Shown piece after piece: positions 58,158 through 64,000 of a stretch of DNA of 64,000 nucleotides (positions are counted from its first letter, which is position 1; every line of letters starts with the position of its first letter). The DNA comes from Gaiellales bacterium (GTDB taxonomy: Bacteria; Actinomycetota; Thermoleophilia; Gaiellales; JAICJC01): the NCBI GenBank assembly GCA_035695105.1, contig DASSEV010000020.1:73-64072 (forward strand), in the 5' to 3' direction. The notes under the pieces are model-generated. The model was not told the origin of the DNA. It made no database searches and was given only the letters and a program-made list of their open reading frames with translations. The translations under genes and the position numbers were made by a program.

Positions 58158-59039
58158 GTGATCGACCTCCTCGTCGTCGGCGACTGCAATCCCGACCTGA
58201 TCCTGGCCGGCGGCGACGTCGTTCCCGAGTTCGGCCAGACCGAGAAGCTCGTGGACGATGCGCGGCTGCTGGTGGGCGGGTCGGCGGCCATCGCCGCATG
58301 TGGCGCCGCCCGCCTGGGACTCTCCGTCGCGCTCGTCGCCGCCGTGGGCGACGACCTTTTCGGCCGCTTCATGCTGGAGCAGCTGGCCGCCCGGCGGGTC
58401 GACGTGTCGGCGTGCCCGGCCGAGCCCGACTGGGAGACCGGCCTCACGGTGGCGCTCGTGCGCGGCGGCGACCGGGCAATGCTGACGGCGCCCGGGGCAA
58501 TCCCCGCGCTCGCCGCCCGCCACGTGCCAGACCGTCTGCTCGCCGGGACGCGGCACCTTCATGTGGCGTCGTACTTCCTGCTCGACGGCCTCCGTGATGC
58601 CGTGCCTTCGCTGGTCGAGACCGCCCACGCGGCCGGGGCCACCGTCTCGCTCGACCCGCAGGGCGACCCATCCGGAAGGTGGGACGCCGGGCTGCCGGCG
58701 CTGGCCGCCTCCCTCGACGTGCTGTTCGTGAACGAGCAGGAGCACGGCATGCTGGCGGCGTCCGGCAGCCCCCTGACCGTGGTCAAGCGCGGCGCGCGGG
58801 GCGCGACGGCACTGGCGGGGGACGAGCGCGTCGACGCCGCGCCGCCCGCGGTCAACGTGGTCGATGCCACCGGCGCCGGCGACAGCTTCGATGCCGGGTT
58901 CATCGCTGGGCGGCTGCGCGGGCTGGGCCTGGCCGAGTCGCTCGCGCTGGCGTGCGCGTGCGGGGCGATGGCCACTCGGGCGCTCGGCGGCACCGCGGCC
59001 CAGCCGACGTTCGACGAGGCGCTGGCGGCTGTGCGGTGA
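58158..59039 (+). CDS. PfkB-family carbohydrate kinase (ribokinase-like)
   Basis: GTG start. N-terminal [10 protein letters not shown] and the C-terminal anion-hole motif [13 protein letters not shown]. Confidence 0.8.
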   Translation: MIDLLVVGDCNPDLILAGGDVVPEFGQTEKLVDDARLLVGGSAAIAACGAARLGLSVALVAAVGDDLFGRFMLEQLAARRVDVSACPAEPDWETGLTVALVRGGDRAMLTAPGAIPALAARHVPDRLLAGTRHLHVASYFLLDGLRDAVPSLVETAHAAGATVSLDPQGDPSGRWDAGLPALAASLDVLFVNEQEHGMLAASGSPLTVVKRGARGATALAGDERVDAAPPAVNVVDATGAGDSFDAGFIAGRLRGLGLAESLALACACGAMATRALGGTAAQPTFDEALAAVR

Positions 59040-59935
59040 TCCTCTGCGTCGCGGCGAACCCCTCGATCGACCGCCTGTTCGAGGTCGAGCGGCTGGTTCC
59101 CGGCGCGATCCACCGGCCCGCCGACTTCGTGCAGGTCGCGGGTGGCAAGGGGCTGAACGTCGCCCGTGCCGCCGCGGCGCTCGGCGGGCGCGTGCAGGCC
59201 GCCGCCATTCTGGGCGGCCATGCCGGGCGGTGGATCGCCGACGAGCTGCACGAGGAGGGCATCGAGCTGCACCCCGTATGGGCCACCGCAGAGACCCGCT
59301 CGTCGCTGTCGGTTGCGGGAGCGATCGAGGAGGGTCTGACGGAGTTCTACGAGCACGGCTTCCCGGTGGAGCGGAAGGAATGGGCTGCCTTCGCGGAGCT
59401 GGTGCTGCGCACGGCACCCGCCGCGGGGTGGACGACGATCTCGGGGTCGCTGCCTTCCGGCGCGCCGGCCGACGGCTACCTGCCGATGGTGCGGTCCGGC
59501 AGGACGGCGCTCGACACCCGCGAGGCGGGGGTCGAGGCGCGACCCGAGGTGGTCAAGGTCAACGCCGAGGAGGCGACCGCCATGGTCGGCCGGCCCGTGC
59601 GGACGGCGGCCGACGCCGCGGAGGCGGCCGTCACCCTGCACGAGGCGACCGGCGGCGCCGCCATCGTCACCGCCGGTCGCGAGGGGGCGGCAATGGTGTC
59701 GCCGGGCGGCGAGGTGCTGCGGGGGCGCGTCGACGTCGCCGGCCGCTACCCGGTGGGCAGCGGTGACGCCTTCCTCGCCGGCCTGGTGGTGGCGCTCGAC
59801 GCCGGGGCCGGCTGGCGCGACGCGCTCGCGCTCGCGCTCGGCGCCGCGACCGCGAACGCCGAGGTGCCGGGAGCCGGCGTGCTCGACGCGGACCGCGCGC
59901 GCGAGCTGGCGGACTGCGCCCTGATCAGCCCTTGA
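59036..59935 (+). CDS. 1-phosphofructokinase / tagatose-6-phosphate kinase-like PfkB kinase (FruK/LacC subfamily)
   Basis: GTG 59036 overlaps the upstream stop (GTGA). Motifs [20 protein letters not shown] and PVGSGDAFLAG. Confidence 0.8.
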   Translation: MILCVAANPSIDRLFEVERLVPGAIHRPADFVQVAGGKGLNVARAAAALGGRVQAAAILGGHAGRWIADELHEEGIELHPVWATAETRSSLSVAGAIEEGLTEFYEHGFPVERKEWAAFAELVLRTAPAAGWTTISGSLPSGAPADGYLPMVRSGRTALDTREAGVEARPEVVKVNAEEATAMVGRPVRTAADAAEAAVTLHEATGGAAIVTAGREGAAMVSPGGEVLRGRVDVAGRYPVGSGDAFLAGLVVALDAGAGWRDALALALGAATANAEVPGAGVLDADRARELADCALISP

Positions 59936-60746
59936 GGCCGGTCGACGCCAGCGACTGCACGAAGTAGCGCTGGGCGACGATGAAGACGATCAGCATGGGC
60001 GCGAGCGCCATCACGTTGCCGGCCATCAACAGCGTCCAGTTGGTCTGGTGTGCGCCCTGGAAGCTGGCCAGCCCCAGCTGCACGGTGCTCGCACTCGGCG
60101 AGGTGATCACGATCAGCGGCCACAGGAAGTCGTTCCACGTCCATAGGAACGTCACGATCGCAAGCGTTGCCAGAGCCGGCGTCGACAGAGGGACGACGAT
60201 GCGGAGCAGCACGCCCAGCCGCGAGCACCCATCCATGCGGGCGGCCTCCTCCAGCTCGATGGGAATCGTCTTGAAGAACTGCCGCAGCAGGAAGATCCCG
60301 AACGGCGTGACCAGGTTCGGTGCGATCAGCGCGCCGAGCGTGTTGACCAACCCCAGATCCTTGATGATCAAGAACGTCGGGATCATCGTCACCTGGAACG
60401 GCACCATCAACGTTGCCAGCAGCACCACGAACAGGACGTCGCGGCCAAAGAAGTGCAGGCGGGCGAACGCGTACCCGGCCAGGCTGCAGAAGACGAGGTT
60501 GCCGACGACCGAAGCGAGCGTGACGATCAGGCTGTTGGCGAAGTAGCGTCCGAACGGCGCCGCGTTCCAGGCGTCCGGGTAGTTCTGCCAGTGGATGCCC
60601 GAGGGGATCAGCTGGGGTGGGAAGTGGCGGGACTCATCCAGCGTCTGGATTGAGGTCAGCAGCATCCACGCAAGCGGCAGCAGCATCACGGCGGACAGCG
60701 GCAGGAGCACGAGATGTCGGGGGCTGAAGGGCAGGCGGAGTCGCAT
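59925..60746 (-). CDS. Carbohydrate ABC transporter permease (MalG-like)
   Basis: Six-TM profile with the EAA loop LEEAARMDGCSRLGVLLRIVVPL. The ATG overlaps the upstream stop by 1 nt. Confidence 0.87.
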   Translation of the reverse strand: MRLRLPFSPRHLVLLPLSAVMLLPLAWMLLTSIQTLDESRHFPPQLIPSGIHWQNYPDAWNAAPFGRYFANSLIVTLASVVGNLVFCSLAGYAFARLHFFGRDVLFVVLLATLMVPFQVTMIPTFLIIKDLGLVNTLGALIAPNLVTPFGIFLLRQFFKTIPIELEEAARMDGCSRLGVLLRIVVPLSTPALATLAIVTFLWTWNDFLWPLIVITSPSASTVQLGLASFQGAHQTNWTLLMAGNVMALAPMLIVFIVAQRYFVQSLASTGLKG

Positions 60747-61627
60747 CAGCTGTAGTAGACCCTCCGGTTCCCGACCCAGAGCTGGAGGATCGAGAACACC
60801 AGCGTGATCAGGAACAGGACATATGCGATGGCTGCGGCGTAGCCGCCGTGGAACAGCTCGAAGGCCTGGTTGAACAGGTAGTAGACGAGCACGGTGGTCG
60901 CCTGCAGCGGGCCGCCGCGCGTCGTGACGTAGATCTCATCGAACACCTGCAGTGCGTTGATCGTCGACCACACGATCAGGAACAGGGTTGTCGGTGAGAG
61001 CAACGGGAAGACGACGTTGCGGAAGATCGCCCAGCGGCCGGCACCGTCCAGCTTCGCCGCCTCGACCAGCTCGTCGGGCACGCCCTGCAGCGCCGCCATG
61101 TACACGATCACGTCGAAGCCGAGCCAGCCCCACACGGTCATGGCCACGATCGAGTACATCGCCTGGTCGGGATCCTGGAAGAAGCCGTAGGGCCCGAGGC
61201 CGACGAAGCTGAGGAGGTAGTTGACGACTCCGTACGTTGGCTCGAGCAGCCAGTTGAAAATGATGCCCGTCGCCACGGTCGAGGTCGCCACCGGGATGAA
61301 CACCGCCGTCCGATAGAAGCGTGAGAACCGGATGCGCGCGTTCAGCAGTACAGCGATCGCGAGCGCTCCCCCGACCGAGAGCGGCACGAACAGCAGCGTG
61401 TACACGATCGTCCGGTGGATCGACGCGCGGAACACCGGGTCGTGGATCAGCGTGCGGTAGTTGTCGAGCCCGACCCACGTCGGCGGCGTCAGCAGGTCGT
61501 TCTCCTGGAGCGACAGTATCGCGCCCCAGATGATGGGCACGATGCCAAACAGGCCGATCAGCGCGACGGCCGGCAGGACGAACAGCCAGCCGCTGACATG
61601 CTCCGAGCGCGCCGCGCGCCCGATCAT
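60746..61627 (-). CDS. Carbohydrate ABC transporter permease (MalF-like)
   Basis: Track ORF 60746..62836 trimmed to ATG 61627, which overlaps the SBP stop (ATGA). EAA loop LVEAAKLDGAGRWAIFRNVVFPL. Confidence 0.87.
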   Translation of the reverse strand: MIGRAARSEHVSGWLFVLPAVALIGLFGIVPIIWGAILSLQENDLLTPPTWVGLDNYRTLIHDPVFRASIHRTIVYTLLFVPLSVGGALAIAVLLNARIRFSRFYRTAVFIPVATSTVATGIIFNWLLEPTYGVVNYLLSFVGLGPYGFFQDPDQAMYSIVAMTVWGWLGFDVIVYMAALQGVPDELVEAAKLDGAGRWAIFRNVVFPLLSPTTLFLIVWSTINALQVFDEIYVTTRGGPLQATTVLVYYLFNQAFELFHGGYAAAIAYVLFLITLVFSILQLWVGNRRVYYS

Positions 61628-62895
61628 TGACCGGATGCGAGCACGCTGTCGACCTTCTGAGCCGCCTGGTCGAGGGCCTGCTGAGGCTGCGCCTTTCCCA
61701 GCAGCACCGCCTGGATCGCCTGGCCCATCGCCTGGGAGACCTCGTTGTAGTTCGCGATCACCGGCCGCGCCTTGGCTGCGTTCGCCTCGTTGAGGACGAA
61801 GGTGGCAGCGCCTGGGTACTTCTTCGTGTAGGTCGCGTATTGCGGGAGCTGGGTCGTCGACTGGCGGATCGGCAGGTCGCCCGTCGCGAGCGACCACTGC
61901 AGCGACTGCTGCGGAGAGGTGAACCACTTCAGGAACGTCCACGCGGCTTGCTTGCGCGCGCTGCCCTTGTCGAACATCACCCACTGGTCGGGCCCCGAGA
62001 TGGTCTGATGGTTGAGATCGCCGGGCAGGATCTGCACGCCGTAGTTCACGTCCGTGAAGCTGGACAGGTCCCACGGGCCGGTGAACAGCATCGCGATCTT
62101 GCCGGAGTTGAACAGGTTCGCGTAGTTGCCGTTCCCGCTGTCGAGGTACACGGAGTGGTCGACCGTGGCCATCTGCTGGAGCAGCGTCGCCGCCTTGACG
62201 CCGGCCGGCGAGTTGAACTCCGCCTTGGTGTTGTCCGAGTTGAGGATGTCGCCACCGGCCTGCCAGAGCAGCGCGTCGAAGCGCCACACGGTGTCCTCGC
62301 TGGCGTCGTTCACGTAGGCCCAGCCGAACTGCTTCGTGGACGTGTTGGTCAGCTTCTTCGCCGCGGCGCGGAAGTCGTCCCAGGTCCAGTTGTCGCTGGG
62401 GTAGGAGATGCCGGCCTGGTCGAACAGCTTCTTGTTGTAGACCAGGGCCAGGTTGTCGACGAGCGCCGGCACGCCGATGATCTTCGGCCCGACCTGCACG
62501 GCCTGGCGCTCGGCCGGCCAGAAGTCGTTCCAGTTGATCGACGGATCCGACTGGATCAGTGGGGCGAGGTCGACGGCTGCCGGGCTGCGGGCGATGTTCG
62601 CCGCCCACGAGCCATACAGGTACGCGATGTCCGGCTCGGCCCCGCCGCGGATCGCGGTCAGCACCTTCTGCAGCGCGTAGTCGGCGTTGCCGTAGTTCTG
62701 GACCGTGACGTGGATCTTGGGATGTGTGGCGTTGAACCGCTTGGCGGCGTCGTTGATGGCCTTGCCCTCGACGTCCTCGTAGCCGTGCCAGACGGTGATG
62801 TTGACGACGCCGTTCGATGACCCGCCGCCGCCGCACGAGGCCGCGGCCAGGAGCAGGACGAGCAGGGGCAGGACGAGGGACACCACGCGTTTCAT
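61624..62895 (-). CDS. Extracellular sugar-binding lipoprotein (ABC family 1 SBP)
   Basis: Track ORF 61624..63813 trimmed to ATG 62895, which overlaps the SIS gene stop (ATGA). Lipobox LLLAAASC|GGGG. Typical SBP_bac_1 profile. Confidence 0.85.
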   Translation of the reverse strand: MKRVVSLVLPLLVLLLAAASCGGGGSSNGVVNITVWHGYEDVEGKAINDAAKRFNATHPKIHVTVQNYGNADYALQKVLTAIRGGAEPDIAYLYGSWAANIARSPAAVDLAPLIQSDPSINWNDFWPAERQAVQVGPKIIGVPALVDNLALVYNKKLFDQAGISYPSDNWTWDDFRAAAKKLTNTSTKQFGWAYVNDASEDTVWRFDALLWQAGGDILNSDNTKAEFNSPAGVKAATLLQQMATVDHSVYLDSGNGNYANLFNSGKIAMLFTGPWDLSSFTDVNYGVQILPGDLNHQTISGPDQWVMFDKGSARKQAAWTFLKWFTSPQQSLQWSLATGDLPIRQSTTQLPQYATYTKKYPGAATFVLNEANAAKARPVIANYNEVSQAMGQAIQAVLLGKAQPQQALDQAAQKVDSVLASGQ

Positions 62896-63764
62896 GGCAG
62901 CACCACCGATCGTGTCAGATTGCGGGGGGAGTCGGGGTCGAGTCCGCGCACCTCGGCCAGGCGGATCGCCATCCGGTGCGCGAGGACGAGCGCCGCGAGT
63001 GGATGCGCGCCGGTGTCGACCAGCGTCGCACCGGTTGCGCGGACGTCGGCGGCGAGGGCCGGGTCGAGGGTGCCGATCGACACGACCGCGGTGTCCTCGT
63101 CGGCGAGGGCGATCGGCCCGTGCCGGTACTCCATGGCCGGGTACGCCTCCGACCAGGCCTGGGCCGCCTCGCGCAGCTTGAGCGCGGCCTCGCTGGCCAG
63201 GCCGACGGTCCAGCCGCGGCCGAGGAACTGGAAGCGCCGAAACGCCGCGGGATCGAGCGGAAGCGGGTCGCGGAGCGTCCGCTCGGCGTCTGCGGCCGCG
63301 GCCGCTGTATCGAGCCCAAGGTGGGCAAGCAGGAGCACGAGCGCGGAGGTGGCGAAGCGGGTCTGCACGACCGATCGCTCGTCGGCGAACGCGAGGACGA
63401 CCGAGCGACCGGCGAGCTCGTCGACCGGGCTGCCGGCCACGGCGGTGACCGCGATCGTCGGCGTGTCGGCCGGAAGCGCGCGCAGCAGGTCGCAGACCTC
63501 GGTGGTGGTTCCCGAGCGGGAGAGTGCAAGCACGCCGTCGTAGCGGCGTCCGGCCGGGTACTCGGAGGCGGCGAAGGCATCCGTCTCCCCGTGGCCGGCG
63601 GCCTCGCGGGCGGCGGCATACGACTGGGCGATGAACAGCGACGTGCCGCATCCGACGACGGCGAGGCGCGAGCCGTGGGGCGGCAGCGGAGCGTCGGCGG
63701 CAAGGGCGGAGGCCTGCCGCCACACCTGGGGCTGGCTGGCCACCTCTTGCTCGATTGCGCTCAT
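62892..63764 (-). CDS. SIS-domain sugar-phosphate isomerase/deaminase (AgaS / FrlB / GlmS-C-terminal-like)
   Basis: Track ORF 62892..63941 trimmed to ATG 63764. Motifs VVGCGTSLF and LSRSGTTTE, plus a second SIS-like half. Confidence 0.78.
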   Translation of the reverse strand: MSAIEQEVASQPQVWRQASALAADAPLPPHGSRLAVVGCGTSLFIAQSYAAAREAAGHGETDAFAASEYPAGRRYDGVLALSRSGTTTEVCDLLRALPADTPTIAVTAVAGSPVDELAGRSVVLAFADERSVVQTRFATSALVLLLAHLGLDTAAAAADAERTLRDPLPLDPAAFRRFQFLGRGWTVGLASEAALKLREAAQAWSEAYPAMEYRHGPIALADEDTAVVSIGTLDPALAADVRATGATLVDTGAHPLAALVLAHRMAIRLAEVRGLDPDSPRNLTRSVVLP

Positions 63765-63781
63765 ATCGCGCGACTCTACGC

Positions 63782-63793
63782 AGAAAACGAGCA
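63782..63793 (+). promoter_or_regulatory. AGAAAACGAGCA motif followed by AAGCA direct repeats (candidate DeoR operator)
   Basis: A-rich spacer CAGAAAACGAGCACAAAGCAAGCATTCAAGCACACA between the SIS gene start (63764, -) and the DeoR GTG (63838, +). Shares AAACGAGCA with 57267-57275. Confidence 0.3.
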
Positions 63794-63837
63794 CAAAGCA
63801 AGCATTCAAGCACACATCGGGCCGGTACACTGGCGCG

Positions 63838-64000
63838 GTGCGACAGTCGGATCGTCTCAGCCGCATCGTCGAGCAGATCTCAGCCAACGGCTCCGTCGGC
63901 GTCGGCGACCTGGCCGACTCGCTGGGCGTGTCGGCGGCCACGGTGCGGCGCGACCTCGCCCTGCTCGAGGAGCAGCGGCTGCTGGCCCGGACGCACGGCG
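63838..64000 (+). CDS. DeoR-family transcriptional regulator, N-terminal fragment (3' end beyond the window)
   Basis: GTG 63838. Translation is VRQSDRLSRIVEQISANGSVGVGDLADSLGVSAATVRRDLALLEEQRLLARTHG, a typical DeoR HTH. Confidence 0.78.
   Translation, partial: MRQSDRLSRIVEQISANGSVGVGDLADSLGVSAATVRRDLALLEEQRLLARTHG

Noticed and set aside
57237-59417. 726-aa minus-strand ORF antisense to the aldolase and kinase genes.
   Set aside because: Arg/Pro/Gly-rich low complexity. The three sense genes carry clear family motifs and are GTGA-coupled.
1-64000. Scan for CRISPR arrays, tRNA/rRNA genes, insertion sequences, integrases and prophage remnants.
   Set aside because: I saw no regularly spaced identical repeats of 25-40 bp, no GGTTCGAATCC-type T-arms or cloverleaf candidates in the spacers I read, and no transposase, integrase or recombinase motifs in any frame. 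The hairpins found are isolated GC stems at gene ends. This was a manual scan, so small ncRNAs could have been missed.

Overview
Very GC-rich bacterial chromosomal segment (by eye above 70% G+C, with strong G/C bias at codon position 3). Gene content looks actinobacterial. My guess is a deep-branching Actinomycetota such as a Thermoleophilia/Conexibacter-like organism, but I cannot verify that here. I call about 62 densely packed protein-coding genes. GTG/TTG starts are frequent, and so are 1-nt or 4-nt start/stop overlaps (ATGA, GTGA, TTGA, TGATG). I saw no rRNA, tRNA, CRISPR array, transposase, integrase or phage gene. All family assignments come from motifs read in the supplied translations, not from searches.

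Content in order:
- groEL 3' end followed by tandem hairpins.
- A membrane glycoconjugate locus: PIG-V-like mannosyltransferase, Aur1/PAP2_3-like phosphotransferase, ArnT/PMT-like GT-C, DUF1028, a large polytopic protein and a PLC-type phosphoesterase.
- A coupled operon of a Moco oxidoreductase, an ABC-2 exporter and an M20 peptidase.
- ygfZ, a TPR protein, GNAT + M20, and capA-like.
- A c-di-GMP node: small ORF, membrane GGDEF/HD-GYP, DUF5317.
- A 7.4-kb co-directional array ending in ycnI and a copC-copD fusion, preceded by DUF1800/DUF1501.
- An EAL-HDOD protein, hypotheticals and a two-HKD phospholipase D.
- OmpR-type two-component system plus a lipoprotein.
- A PLP decarboxylase fused to a cNMP-binding domain, next to a choline/ethanolamine kinase and a dimethylglycine-oxidase-like enzyme.
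- YdeI, PPOX-like, MFS, and a stand-alone LigD polymerase domain.
- NarL-type two-component system.
- A MoaD/ThiS-like protein coupled to a BNR propeller.
- SRAP, agmatinase-like, a second phosphoesterase, GST, 1-Cys peroxiredoxin and an acyl-CoA synthetase.
- PolX-PHP.
- A GH4 / aldolase / two-kinase / ABC / SIS / DeoR sugar locus.

Most long track ORFs that lie antisense or out of frame to these calls are GC-driven shadow ORFs.

Most worth a second look:
- The decarboxylase-cNMP fusion.
- The DUF1800/DUF1501-YcnI-CopCD array, including its missing canonical start codon and its ~370-aa C-terminal extension.
- The PIG-V/Aur1-like envelope locus.
- The MoaD-BNR pair.
- A 286-bp convergent spacer packed with helically phased GTSAC cores.
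- Two unannotated small hydrophobic ORFs.
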